The notes below the pieces were generated by a model. That model searched no databases, was not told the DNA's origin, and saw only the letters and a program-made list of their open reading frames with translations. The position numbers and the translations under genes are program-made. From the NCBI GenBank assembly GCA_973895155.1, contig OZ316893.1, positions 22,417,844-22,481,843 on the forward strand: 64,000 nt of DNA, in the 5' to 3' direction. Positions 35,755-49,106 of the stretch are shown piece after piece (positions within the stretch are counted from its first letter, which is position 1; each line of letters starts with the position of its first letter). This DNA comes from Marsupella aquatica (Eukaryota; Plantae; Marchantiophyta).

Positions 35755-36405
35755 CTAATCGGAGGCCGGCCCGATGGAAAGAGGGAATCTACAGACTAAG
35801 ATCCTGATTGAAATGTCGGAAACAACACCCGCCAGTGCCTTAGTAACGCCAACATTCTGACAAAGGATGCATCAACAGCAAACGTTCTGACTGTGTAGGT
35901 AGCCTTAATAACTTAATTTTGTTCTTCTCATCCATGGGATCGAGGAAGAGCTACGGATCTGTCACACATGCCACGTACTATAAGTCAACTCCATTAATTG
36001 AGAGCCAAATCACATACGGTCAAATGCAAACCTTCCAGTACAAAAGCCAGCAGTCCATGCACTCGATCAGGTGTTTTATATAATGTCACGTCCAAAAGTA
36101 AAGTTAACTAATTAAATAGCATATATCATTAACGTACCTTGATGCGACGGCCTCATGTTCGAAGAAATTCCCAGATTGGGGCTGAAAGAATCTGATGGGG
36201 TGACTGTCCTTGCATCCTGGGTTTTGTTTAAAATCTTGTACTTAGCACAAGATAGAGAATGCAATATTCGGACCATGTCTTCCTCTTTAAGATTCAAACG
36301 CCCCTTGATATAAGATTATTTGCATTATTTGTGTCAAAAGAAGCAGCACAGCACCCTGGAGAAAATTGATAGGGAGGTAGACATATCGAAAAACTTGAAA
36401 CTAGG
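35755..36405 (-). pseudogene. Inverted partial copy of the 3' end of the cullin pseudogene
   Basis: The reverse complement matches ~40250-40790 (exons plus intron; LNLKEEDMVRILHSLSCAKYKILNK) and ~41245-41340 (3' flank), with the last exons deleted. Confidence 0.85.
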
Positions 36406-38484
36406 GGTTTCCTTGCTCCCTCTTAGCAGTCTCTACACTAAAGAGAACCCCTATTTTCACTTTGCGCCTAGACCTAGCTGTGCACCGTTCTTAGTCTCCA
36501 TGGATCTAGCCAAGCATATAGCTAGTCTCAAATCAGAAGTTTCGATCATTTTTTAATTGGGGATATATTAGTTTATGCTAATCCTGCTGGAGGAGTCACC
36601 CAGATCTAAATGGATGTCGATCTCCCACATCATGAATATATGTTTTGAGACACCGAGTTATTGAAAGCTCCTTGCCCGACAAGACATATGAAGCTTACTG
36701 AAGAGATAATAAGTAGGCCAATTAACAGAAAGACAGCCTCTATATGGGGAATGGAAGTGCCAAGTTCTGAACGGAAAGATGCAGTAGGAAGAAAGCTAAT
36801 TAAGGCTCCTAATATAACTTAAATAGGCCAAGCTCTAGCTGATCAAAACTCGGAGCTGAATAATGACCAAATCACTATATATCCTGTTGGCAGAAAGAAA
36901 CAAAATGCAAAACACATGTCCAACCAAACCCACCAAGCAAGAAAGAGGGGTACAATACTTCCTTTTTTTTCTCCCTTTTTTCTACTTGGTTTTTTGGGGT
37001 GTTCCGTAAGAGCATCTCCAATCCTATTATTGAAGGGTGTTGACAAACCCACTAAACAAAATGCACAAAGTCAGGTCCAACCAAACCCACTAATCAATAA
37101 ACTAAACAAGATGACAACCCCACTAAACAAATTGCAAAACTCAGTTCCAACCAAACCAACCAACACTGTAAAACTGAACAAGTTCACAGCACCCCTAAAC
37201 AAAATGCAAAATATCAGGTCCCACTACAATAACTAAAAAGAGGATGCTATCAGACTGGGTATCTAATGTACCCAATAAGGAGAACCCTGTAGGGCCAAAT
37301 TAAAGCTTCTATGGGAGCAGCATAATCATTATATTAAGACTTTTCAGCATTGAGAGCACTCAAGAGCGCTCAGCTTCAAGAATCGCTCAAAAACATTCCT
37401 GCGGGATGTTGCACTGTTTGTGTGGCAAAGCCTGCTCAGGTCAGACTAATATTGAAAGTTATAGGTTGAATTGCTCCTATCGTAGTGCTGGAAAGAACAA
37501 CCCTGAAAAGTAAAAGTGCAAGAGTCATCCACAATGAAATTGTAGAAAAGCAGACTTTTTCCTCTCACAGTTTATGTCCAAGTTAGTTCCACGATGCTGT
37601 ACTAGCTTCTTGTTATCTGCTCCACTTCCCCGGATTTAATTACGAGAGTGTCCATGCATGTTAGTTTCCGGGGTTAATTTGTAACTAGGTTTCCATTACC
37701 TGTAACGATCAACAGGGGACTGTGGATCTTCAGGATCGCTTCTCCGACCGTTGTGCCTTTATTGTTCGCGTTACCTTATGGCCTTTGTATTTATCTGGAC
37801 TCCGTCACTGAGTTACTCATTCATCCGGAATCTATATAAACGTACGATCATAGGAAGTTTATAGAAATCGCCCAGAATTAGGATAGATTCCAATACATTT
37901 CCAGAATGGCAGTCTTCCCAGCGTGTGTGCCAAAGTACTACATCGATTGAGGAAATTAAACCAAGGAATCGGCGCAGAAGTTTCTAGAGAAGGATGAACC
38001 TAATACATTACAGTATAACTTCTTCGTTTCCATGCATGCGAGTGGCAACCAAAACCAAACAATAGCAATATACCCATGGAATATATGAGAACTCAAGGGT
38101 GAAACTTAGAATTATATATATGTTCTTTAGTCTACTTCTCGTCAAGGCAGAATATTGCCTCAGCTAAGCTACTGGTCGAGGCTGATGGATTGCTTACAGT
38201 TTTGGTTAATTTGTGGTAGGTTTTGCGTTTGTTCATCTTTTCTATTAGGGCTTCGATCAAAGCAAATAATTATTAATTTGTTAAGTTGGAATATTTTGAA
38301 GAAAACCTTTCTTCATTTAATAAACCATTGATGGTTGTCTCTACCTCCGTCTCTACCCAAAGTTCACAATCCTATATATGATACTACTCAATAATCTGTG
38401 GATTTCCAATAGTCGATCATTCTTTTGGAATAAATTCTCGTATAAGCTAAATTTTAGCCCTGCCCTCTGTGTTGGATGCAATCA

Positions 38485-41148
38485 GATCCGGAAGTATATA
38501 GACCTTCATGACAAATACCTCCAGTGGGATAGGGGATGCTTTACGAACGACCGTCTTTTGTTCAAGGTTTGAAAACCTCATAACACTAGCTTCTCATTTT
38601 GCAATTAGTCCGTCTGTGATTATTCACTCTGAAAGATTTCAGGTAGTCTTGTGTAGTGATGTCGAGCTAGGATTCATCGGGTAGGTTGAATTCAACATAG
38701 ATGACTAGAAAATCCTAGAGTACTCATTAATACTCCCTTTTTTACAGGCTTTCAAGGAAGGAATAGAGTTCGTCTGCAACAAAAGAGGATCAGGAACCAC
38801 CACTGCAGAATTGCTTGCCATATTCTGCGATAGTCTCCTGAATAAGGACGACGGTCGGAACTTGGGTGACGGAGAGGAAATCGAAGACGCTCTTGACAAG
38901 GCGCTGTAGTTACTAACTAACGTTTCCATATCTATATAGTGGACATTGTTCAAAATTTCTTTCAATTGGTATAGTGATTTTGATAAAAATTTGGGATAGA
39001 GCACTAAATTAATAATCAAACTTAGATTTTCTTGAACGTGAATTGTTCGATAGAGGCAGAATAGATTTCCAGTAGCTTGTGGTTGCCAGCGCCGCGCGCG
39101 CCCTTCTTGAATTGGACAACATTTAAGTGTGATGTTGGGTAGAACCATATCTATTCACTCCTGAATAAAATGTCCATGCACATTTCCAGTGACACATTAT
39201 TTTGTTGCTGCTCCGTCCAGGCTGTCACAATTCTTTCCTATGTGGGTGACAAAGACCTTTTGATTTTGTAAATTAAATATTGGTGAAACGTTTTGTAAAA
39301 AAAATTATATCTAATGTTCTTTCAGCCACCATGAATTTCAAGACTTGCTTTGGTGTAGACATGTCCTATTTCAGAACTTTATTGGAACCAATTCATAACT
39401 TGGGAGATGGGTATTTCTCAATATAAGCTTGTCCTTTTTCCTGCTCCTTTGTCCCCAGGAACAAGCTTGCCCGAAGGCTTCTCCTTAATAATAAATGCGA
39501 TGACGGTCACGAGAGAAGCATGCTGACAAAGCTAAAGCAGCTGTGTGGAAGACAATACACTTATAAATTCGAAGGCATGGTATGTTCTTTCTAATTGTTC
39601 GATTGTTTCCCAAGTAATTGTATTTTAATTAGCTATCAGTGAAATAAATGTTGTTTCCCAAGTAATTGTAATTATAATAATTGTTGGACGGAAATTTGGT
39701 GCATGTCCAGGTAACCGCCCTCACCATAGCAAGGGAAACTCAAATAGCATTTCAGGATTACCTACGAGAAAATCGAGCATCAAACCCAGGGATCGAACTA
39801 TCTGTCAGGGTGTTAAACACTGCATCCTGGCCCAATTACAGACATCCAGATCTAGCATTGCCTGCTGAGATATATGGTGAGATATTGGCAACACTTAATT
39901 TCTGCTCAATAATGTGAATCGTCTTTTGGGGAAAACTACTAACAGGTTATATTAAATTAACGTGCATGACCTAATTCACACGGTGGTGTTTCAGATGAGA
40001 TGTGTGGAGGTTTTCACAGATTTCTATCAAACAAAGAAACCAGAACAAAGATTGAGCTGGATGTCTTCTTTGGGAACATGTACCTTAGAATGGGTTGACA
40101 TGCAGATTCAGCTTGTACTGACACCATGTCAGGTAAATAGTACGACTTCCTTAATGAAATTCATTTTAGCGTTTACGGACGTGTTGCATCGTTTTAACAG
40201 TTAGTATTAGACACCTCGCAAGGAAATTACTTTTCAGTCAACCATTTCTTCCTAGTTTGAAGTTTTTCAAGAGGTTTAATTGCCTGCGGGATTGCCTGTC
40301 AATTTTCTCCAGGCTGCTGTGCTGCTTCTTTTCGACACAGATGATGCAAATATTCTTAGCTATGCTGATATCAAGGGGCGTTTGAATCTTTAAGATGAAG
40401 ACATGGTCCGAATATTGCATTCTCTATCTTGTGCTAAGCACAAGATTTTAAACAAAACCCTGGATGCAAGGACAGTCACCCCATCAGATTCTTTCAGCCT
40501 CAATCTGGAATTTTCTTCGAACATTAGGTGCATCAAGGTACGTTTGTTATGTCATTTAATTGGTTAACTTTACTTTTGGACTTGCCATTATATGAAACAC
40601 TTGAGTGCATGGACTGCTGACTTTTGTACTGGAAGGTGTGCATTTGACCATATGTGATTTGGCTCTCAATGGAGTTGACTTATGCTGCCATGTGTGGACA
40701 GATCCCTTTTCCTCCCATGGATGAGAAGAAGAAAGTCGTTAAGGCTATCGACACAGACAGAAGGTTTGCTGTTGATGCATTTATTGTCAGAATATTGAAA
40801 AGTGGTAAGGTTTTATCTTACCAACAGCTGCTTCTTGATTGCGTTGAGGAGCTAAGCCCAATATTCAAGGTACTATTTCAGCGTACTCTCGTTCCTGTAA
40901 GAATTCGGTGGATTTTTCGTCAGCTCTTAGGTCGTTGTAATTGAACCTGAGTTTCCATGAAAAGAAGTTCCTTTACTGTGCATGCTGTGCCAATTAATCC
41001 AAGTGAAAAGGTATGAGTAATGCATAGTGTGCTGTGTGTCATTCAACCTGAACCAAAGTTTATCAAGGACCGCATTAACCAACTCATCGAACGGGAGTTC
41101 TTGGAACGCGACAAAGACAATCCCCAACTGTTCAGACACTTAGCTTAA
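38485..41148 (+). pseudogene. Divergent cullin-1-like pseudogene (C-terminal half), multi-exon
   Basis: Exons encode IRKYIDLHDKY, AELLAIFCDSLL, KLARRLL...[44 protein letters not shown]...[22 protein letters not shown] and IKDRINQLIEREFLERDKDNPQLFRHLA*. In-frame TAA at ~40391, and the last acceptor reads CAA instead of CAG. Confidence 0.88.
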
Positions 41149-41456
41149 ATGTAGTTACATGTATTGTTCATCTGTCCAAGAGTAAGTCCGCAAGCGCCGG
41201 ACATCACCCCCTCAAATAACTTCAGGAAAAACACATGCCTGCAGATGGCGTTACTAAGGCAGTGGCAGGTGTTGTTTTTGACATTTCCATCAGCGTCTTA
41301 GTCTGCAGATTTTCCTCTTTCCATCGGGCCGGCCTCCGATTCCCGTTGATCGGGGGTGTGTGACGGGAAAACTTTGTCTTCACCTCTGTCTTAATTTTCG
41401 CAGCCAGATGGTAGTAGTTTAAACCATCCGATGAAATCTAGACCCAAAGGCTGAGT

Positions 41457-41511
41457 GTAGAGTAGAGTAGAGTAGAGTAGAGTAGAGTAGAGTAGAGTAA
41501 AGTAGAGTAGA
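41457..41511. repeat. (GTAGA)n pentanucleotide microsatellite, about 11 units
   Basis: Read directly. Confidence 0.95.
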
Positions 41512-41611
41512 CCCGGTATAACCTGACCGGCACCTTGACGCCTTGTCGGGCACGTCAAATCGTCAAATGACGGCCCAAAAACGACCAATTTGACAGATAT
41601 TTGAAAAGATT

Positions 41612-41785
41612 CTCCCGAACTCACCCGAACCCGAACCCGAACTTCCCCCCCGGACCGCACCCCTGGACCCCCCCGAACCCCCCCCGGAGCGCCCCGGAAC
41701 CACCCCCGAACTCGAACCCACCCCGAACGCGAACCCACCCCCCCAAACCCGAACCCACCCCTCCCAGACTACTCCCGAGCCCGGG
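41612..41785. repeat. C-rich CCCGAA/CCGAAC motif cluster, resembling DNA-transposon subterminal repeats
   Basis: Many CCCGAAC copies, flanked by GTCAAA/TTTGAC motifs; no TIR or TSD resolved. Confidence 0.5.
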
Positions 41786-41875
41786 TGCCAGGTTGCCCAT
41801 TTGCCGGCCATTTTCGCCCAGTTTGACGGGCAAGGTCAAACCAGGAGAGTAGAGTTTCTGTCTTAGTTTTGTGTA

Positions 41876-42262
41876 GTGATCGACGCGCTGGTGAGAAACA
41901 ATTTGAATTTCATATCTGCTTCGCGGCCTCTTCTCTGTACAGTAATCTTTGTACAAGAAAAGCTTTGTATAAAGGTCACTCATGGCAAGTAAAGATTTAT
42001 AGAACACATTCTCTTCATTCCTTCGCTTTCTCTAGCAATCTGGGCAATAACTCTCACAGTGATCGACGTGCCTGTCCGTCGAGCTGTGGAGAAACCATAT
42101 ATGAGTTTCATTTTTGCTTCGTGTCCTCTCTGTGGAGTATTTCTTGTACACATCTGCAGAAACTATGTTTAACGTTAACGGTCACTCATGGCAAGTATAG
42201 ATTTATGTAACACATGCTCAGTCTTCATTCATTCTCTTTCTCTAGCATCTGGGCAATTTCTC
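41876..42262. repeat. Diverged direct duplication, about 185-200 bp x2
   Basis: GTGATCGACG...GGTCACTCATGGCAAGTA..AGATTTAT...TCTCTAGCA.TCTGGGCAAT repeated. Confidence 0.75.
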
Positions 42263-43697
42263 CCAAACTCTTTCTGTGTTACCTGTCTTTTTTGTTTAAT
42301 CTACAGTTTCACATGTACTTCTGTTTGAAGAACCAGTCTTGGCTATTCTCCTAATATGTGGTCCATAAAATTTCAAGTATTTCTGTCGAAGACTGTCACC
42401 AAGGTGACTTTTCTCCCACCTGGCGTGCCACATGTAATAGTAAAACCTCCCATGGTTTGGTTTGTAGCAGTGATCTATTTGGTAGATAAAGGGGTGATGG
42501 TAAACAAGATATGAATATAAAGGGATAAGGCCTGAGTTTTCCATGTCATGCATGATCGTGATCAAGTACAAGCTTGAGGGTTACTGAAAGGATCTTCACT
42601 TTCTTTACAAAGAGTACATATGAACCCCTTATGTGAAACACATTCATCAGAGGACAAAAAGAACCAAAATGTTACATGAATGAGATGGCTGCCTAGCATT
42701 GTTTTGAAAGGATAGAAAACCAGGTTAGATTTTGCATGCCAAATCTTTAGAGTATTAGACCTATCCTTATACTAGCCTAACCCTGGACCAGTCATGCGTA
42801 GTAAGTGGAAATTATTCATCAAACAAAAATGATGCACGGAAATTTTCAAAAGAGAAAGTTTTTCCCAACCAGAATCGACAAAAAAAAACTTTGTGAAATT
42901 TTTGTAAAGTCTAACCATAGTTAAGTACCATAGGTTGCACAAATTCTTGTATGCAATTAAATGCAGTATGTATTTTTGTGTTGTTGTCAAATAGATACCA
43001 TGTCTTGACAACATAGACAAGGAACATGAGAATATTCATGAAGAGGAGCTAGTACAAATGTTTCCCTGTGGACTTGTTAGTGGGTGAGGTTAACAAAGTG
43101 CAATAAATTTGGCTGTCTTTATGACAGTTTAGGGATAGCACAAGTCTGAATTTTTGTTGGAGAAATATATTAGAAAAGGCTCTGAATGGTGGATGAGGTT
43201 CAGGGATAGGTTTATTGTGTCCAAACCGGTTTGGAAGTCCAGAAGTGTGTCCAATCTTTATCTGTGCACAACATTATTGGGAGTGTGTTCAATATTTTTG
43301 GGATATATTGATAGATTTGCTAGTTATGGTATTGATGCAATTATACAACTCCAAGGAACAAAAAATTTTAAAAATTGCAAATTGGTAAAGTTGTGTTATT
43401 AATGCAATTTGAGAATATGTTTTTTTTATCAATCTAGATTATTTGGTAAGCAAAAACTTGAGATGCCCTGATATTTATTAGGCTCATTCCAAATTCATTT
43501 GTGTACTATTCACTTTTTATAGGCATAATTCTTAAATCAATATTAATTTATTTGCAGATTCAAATAACACAGCTAAATTGATGTAGATGAAGTACATATT
43601 ACTTAGCCACTGTCATTGTCATACTACATTTATTTTCATAAACTAGAATGAGAAGGAGTAAGTGGCATTGCATAAATTGCCTGAAATGCTCCACCTA

Positions 43698-43922
43698 AGT
43701 GTTCATATCAGATATGATTTACATCCCCAATTGAAACACTTTCCCCGAAAATAGCTGCACCAAAAAAGGTGCTCATGTCTGATGTGGTTTATATCCAATT
43801 ATTTTGTTGACAGAATTAGCACCCAAAAGAAGTGCTCATGTCTGATGTGGTTTATATCCAATTATTTTGTTGACAGAATTAGCACCCAAAAGAAGTGCTC
43901 AATTCTGATGTGATTTATATGC
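43698..43922. repeat. 63-bp tandem repeat, about 3.5 copies
   Basis: GTGCTCATGTCTGATGTGGTTTATATCCAATTATTTTGTTGACAGAATTAGCACCCAAAAGAA at 43769 and 43832, with partial or diverged copies at ~43700 and 43895. Confidence 0.9.
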
Positions 43923-45859
43923 AATGCCGGCCTGTGTAAGTCAGCAATGAAACTGAGAATTCAATGAGGCATTGCAGCGCATCTGACTTCTAACTTCCCG
44001 CACCCATCTTATTAATAAAGTAAAATACAAAGCTCTTTTTGGTTACTGTCTAGAGTTTAACTGTCAATAAAGACAAAACAAAAAAGTAAAGATTGAACAA
44101 GAATGAATGAGAACACTACATCTATATATATTCAAATTTTCTAGTATTATTCTTTATTTGCTTCATCTCTATTTATTACATTCAAGTACTTAGGGGGCAA
44201 TAATCCAATTATGGGTGAGGGTGAAAAATGGGGATAGGGGTGGAGTAGTGTGCCCCATTTGAAAATAGAGCCTCCTGAGATGATGGAGTAAAGTAAAGGA
44301 GGGGCCATTGCATGTGAAGAGAGTCCGTGGATTAGGGAGGATGGATTGAGTGAATGGATTAGGGAGGTTGCTTATGAAGGGGTCAGCTGGATTAGGGAGG
44401 TGTCTTGTGAAGAGGTCAGCTGTTATCATCAAGAGTCGAGGGCTATGGTGTGAGCTTTTATCATCGAGGGTCGAGGGCTATGGTGAAACGACCAGGTCTT
44501 CGAGCTTTGATCAGCTGCTCTCAGCTATGGTGAAACGGCCAACTAGCTCTTCAAGAGCTTTGATCAGCTGCTCTCATTATGGGTCGACATTTTTTATGCT
44601 CATCGATTAGTTGGGCCAGTTTCAAAGAACGCAGAGCAACTTTCCTTTCAATTGCCAGGAGGTGTGGAAGTCGTGCCATTCTAATCAATTTGACACTGCG
44701 CAGCGCACAGTACATGCGTTTCAATTCGATAGCTCGTCAATCGCGAGACATTTTGCTCTACTTGCTGATGTCGCCACCATCTTCAGTCTTCCAGACAAGG
44801 TTCATGTTCGAAAGACAGCCTCGATCAATTCCCCTTCTCTGCGCACCTCCGGGAGAGACGCACTAGTGAAATTAGTCACCGCAAGGGTTTCATTTCCAAT
44901 TCGTGGACTGCTGCGCACATTCCACGGTCCTGGGCCACATGAACATTCCACCCATCTAAATCCCGGAGTTTCATGCGCATCCGGAATTTGTATAAGCTCT
45001 CTCATTCGATTCCTTCCAAATCTACTTTCTCGTTTTGTGCTGCTGATGTAGGTTTGCTCTCCCCTGTTTTGTTTACTGATTGGCCTCTCGACAATTCTTG
45101 ACAATTCTTGACAATTCTTGCTTGAGATGACTGTTTTGCTCCTCCCTGGATCACAACATCCTCGTGCTGATTATCGACATATGGTTCCCTTGCTTTCCCT
45201 TCTTGTCGTTAAGATCCCTCCCCACTAATCACCTGCTCGATTTCAGTGGATCGTAAACGCCACCCACTGTGATCATCACTAACAAACTCCCTGTAGCACT
45301 TTGGAAAGACAAGTACAGCCCTTCTCCAATGTTACCTATACTCAACCGGGAGAGGCGTTGTAGCGAAATTACTCACACGCCTGTGACGTAAACATGATTT
45401 CCAATTCGTGGGCTGCTGCACAGTCGACGAGCCTGGGCCACATTCAGTTTCCACTCATCTTATGAAAACCAGGACAGAAATGTCATGAATCGACTCTCAG
45501 TTCGTGTTCACAATTTTGTGGAGCGCCAATTCCCTGCAGTGCCCTGTATAATATGCAGCGGATGACGAACTCAGTAACATAAATTACACGTAGCAGGGCA
45601 GATCGAGTTGTTGGAGCAGATCTCACTTTTCCCGAAAGTGTCGCTAGTGGTGATGGCCTCAAAACAGAGGGCCGCTCACATGCGAGTTTTGCATTCTTCT
45701 ACTCAAATCACAGAGGGACTACGGTGGAGTCACGAAAAAGGACTTCTTGTGCTCACAACGTCATAACTCGCAGAAGCGAGCTAACGTCAGAAGGTAGACC
45801 ATCACCGCGTGGGCATGGTGATAAACTCATTGTTTTCTCATAACGCCGTAATTGGAAGG

Positions 45860-46803
45860 AGGGAGCTCGCGTAGAATTACACTGCACCATCACCGAGTGA
45901 GCTGATGGATGCACACTCTTCAAACTGCCATTGGCAGGACCGAGCTGGTGAGAAAATAAGACCCAAAATTAGAGTGACGGTCGTCATCGAGTGAACTGAT
46001 GGAACAACACTTCTCGAGACGCCATTGGCAAGAGGGAGCTGGAAGTCAAAATTAGACGATCACGAGTGAGCTGATGGGTGATCGCTCCCTTTAAGGAGGG
46101 AGCTGGCGTCAAAATTACACCTGCACCATCGCCGAGTGAGCTGATGGATGCACACTTTTCAAAACACCATTGGCAGGAGCGAGCTGGTGCGAAAATAAGA
46201 CCCAAAATTAGAGTGACGGTCGTCACCGAGTGAACTGATGGAACAACACTTCTCGAGACGCCATTGGCAAGAGGAGCTGGAAGTCACAATTAGACGATCA
46301 CGAGTGGGCTGATGGGTGATCGCTCCCTTTAAGGAGGGAGCTGGCGTCAAAATTACACCTGCACCATCGCCGAGTGAGCTGATGGATGCACACTTCTCAA
46401 AACACCTTTGGCAGGAGCGAGCTGGTGCGAAAATAAGACCCAAAATTAGAGTGACGGTCGTCACCGAGTGAACTGATGGAACAACATTTCTTGAGACGCC
46501 ATTGGCAAGAGGGAGCTGGAAGTCAAAATTAGACGATCACGAGAGAGCTGATGGGTGATGGCTCCCTTTAAGGAGGAAGATTGCGTAAAAATTACACTGC
46601 ACCATCACCGAGTGAGCTGATGGATGCACAATCTTCAAAACACCATTGGCAAGAGCGAGCTGGTGCGAAAATAAGACCCAAAATGTGACAGTCGTCACCG
46701 AGTGAATTGATGGAACAACACTTCTTGAGACGCCATTGGCAAGAAGGAGCTGGCAGTCAAAATTAGACGATCACAAGTGCGCTGATGGATGATCGATCCC
46801 TTT
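45860..46803. repeat. About 238-bp tandem repeat x4 with three related internal subunits
   Basis: Units begin GCACCATCRCCGAGTGAGCTGATGG at ~45883, 46123, 46361 and 46599. Each contains three GAGTGARCTGATGG...GAGCTGG...AAAAT submotifs. Confidence 0.92.
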
Positions 46804-46938
46804 CAGTACGACATTCAGCGCCGATCTGGTGCACTCTGCGGGCGAGGCTCTCGATAGTCGATCATTCGTGAAGGAGGAGGGTACGCACAAGCAGGCCAGG
46901 ACCAGACTCCTCAGCATCTCGAAGGTGGAAACGGTGGA

Positions 46939-47580
46939 GTGATGGAGATGACTGCTCACAGCTTGAGTTCACCGCAGGATTGTGCGGAGGGGAAAGGTCA
47001 GCATGTTGCTGATAGTTTGTACCAGCCCCTTCTGCAGAAATGGAGAGAAGTGCGTGTGGTGACAGGAGCGGGCGATAAGGGAAAGCTTTCAGGTGTTGTT
47101 GGTGATGAAGATTGCCCCGGACTTCATTGGGATGTCGAGAACGGAGAATTAGACAACGGTGCAACAGCTGGAAGAAATCTTACGATTTCTCGTGACCGTG
47201 ATTCTGATGCAGAGAGAATCATCATCCATGACACTGATGCAGATGAAGTTGTCAAGGTATCCATAGCGCCAACTGAGCAATCTCCAAAATCTCAGAACAA
47301 CCTCGGAGATGACCAGCCTGAAGTGAGATATTGGACGCGCAAGCGCATAAGAAGAACCGTCAGAGGACTCCTGTGGATCGGCCTTTGCCTGGCCATGCTC
47401 CTGTATGCATCCGTAAACTTTTCTGATGGTGTGTACCGGGTCCAACAGAAGCTTCTTCTGCTGGCCTTCGCACTTTCATCAATTGTTTTTCTTTTATTTG
47501 TTTTGACACACTGGTCAATACGGGTGATACGAACAAAAAAATTGCATCCCACAAACGTTGCCTACTTCAAGGCTTCTTGA
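46939..47580 (+). CDS. Hypothetical intronless 213-aa protein with two C-terminal hydrophobic helices
   Basis: Acidic N-terminal region followed by GLLWIGLCLAMLLYASV and LLLLAFALSSIVFLLFVLTHW. The start codon is uncertain and no family is recognised. Confidence 0.45.
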   Translation: MMEMTAHSLSSPQDCAEGKGQHVADSLYQPLLQKWREVRVVTGAGDKGKLSGVVGDEDCPGLHWDVENGELDNGATAGRNLTISRDRDSDAERIIIHDTDADEVVKVSIAPTEQSPKSQNNLGDDQPEVRYWTRKRIRRTVRGLLWIGLCLAMLLYASVNFSDGVYRVQQKLLLLAFALSSIVFLLFVLTHWSIRVIRTKKLHPTNVAYFKAS

Positions 47581-49106
47581 CCGTGACTTCGACGGAGAGG
47601 AAGTCACCGTATCACGATTGCGCAATTTCCACAAGGGAAGTCTTCGACGCCATCCGCATCAAATCACGGAAGTCGAACATTTGATAGAATCACTGTAGAA
47701 TGTAGTGATCTAGAGTAGAGAAACTGAACAGTTGACAGAATTAAAATGGATGGACCGCACGGTTGATTGCAGTAAGAAGGATCACCTGAGTAGGAATTGT
47801 AATCAGTTACTGTAGCTGATTGCTGAATGCTTTCCAATGGGAACTTAGTGTCCAGGCACACCCGAAGAGCACCAGTTTCAATAACTCTCTGTAACTTGCT
47901 AAGTAAATAATTTTGAGAAGCTCTGCGCTCTGTAAACAATTCCAGAGCGTATGCGCGAACAAGAAACACACCAAACTATGTACGTTGACACTAGTTTTCG
48001 TTTGGAATAAATGTGTCAGGAATTTGTCAATTTTCGAAAATCTACACGAAAGCTTAAAATTGTCATCCTAAGCATCTGAAAGATTTTGATCAGTCAAACC
48101 TAATGCTATTGTGGAGTACGGCAACGCTAATGACAACTACTGTAAGAGTCTAGACAACCAGAACCTTCTAAGGCTCAACTCCATCCCTCGTCAGACTCAC
48201 TTCATCAGCAAACAAGGTCTCAAACATTCCATCCTTAATGTGAGAATCCATGCAGGCTTCGGCGAGTTTTCCGAGCATCTTAATTCCGGCAGGTTTCGGC
48301 TATCCATCCGAACATCTCTATTTCGGCGACCCATCGACCCCCGTTGTGGTCTACGGAAACCTCAAGTCAGAGATGTTTTGGCCACCTTTTCACTCCCTAC
48401 AGTCCAAGGCTATATAATCAGAACCCTATCCGCCGTTGTACGAAAGAGACATCATAAGCAGGACTATCAACAAAAGATTCAAGGATCCCTGTGACAAGTT
48501 CCTGTCCGGTCCCGCTGAGTATTGCTCGCATACAGTGAATCAGCTCTCCGGCAGCAAGTTTTGCTTATTATGCAAAAGTCTAGCAGTTTCAGATTTGCGT
48601 GTACGATGAAAGAAGAGGAGAGTAAATTTCGGGTGCAATGGGAGAACACGACCGCCTTAAAATGATCGACAAGAAAACCTAGTCCAAACCGCCAATCCAT
48701 AGGGCACATTCCTAAAATGCTCAGTTCGTATCTCCAGGACCATAACAAAAAGCTCTTCTTTCGTTGGTGAAAAGTTTTTTCGCAAACCTGCACAGCTCAA
48801 TCGGAGTCTTTTCCCACTTGGAAAAGTAGAATCTGAATACCAAATCAACACCACCATAATTCAATCCAGTCGAATCCATTGCAAGTAGCGGGAGACTGGT
48901 TGCTTGACGAGAGTGGATACCAGACCCTACACCTTGAGCAATTAAAAACCTGGCTGGCCATCATAATGTGTAAAGAAAAAACCATTTGCAGACCTCAGCG
49001 TTGCTATCCAAAAAAAAGGTACACAACCACAAACCCATTTTGCAAAGTAAGCCGAATCGGTGAAGTACTTCTTTTGAGAATTTCAGAGCTTGCGTTTGAG
49101 AATGTG

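Noticed and set aside
37009-37250. Tourist/Harbinger-like MITE (GAGCATCTCCAA start)
   Set aside because: The right TIR is too degenerate and no TSD could be confirmed.
41391-42007. Gly- or Pro-rich ORFs of 80-130 aa
   Set aside because: Translations of the CCCGAA cluster and the GTAGA microsatellite.
44579-45445. ORFs of 95-146 aa and a repeated CCAATTCGTGG...CCTGGGCCACAT segment
   Set aside because: No recognisable protein motifs; only a short diverged duplication.
45860-46803. CRISPR-like repeat/spacer appearance
   Set aside because: The intervening sequences recur every third subunit, so this is a higher-order tandem repeat with no unique spacers. The context is eukaryotic and no cas genes are present.
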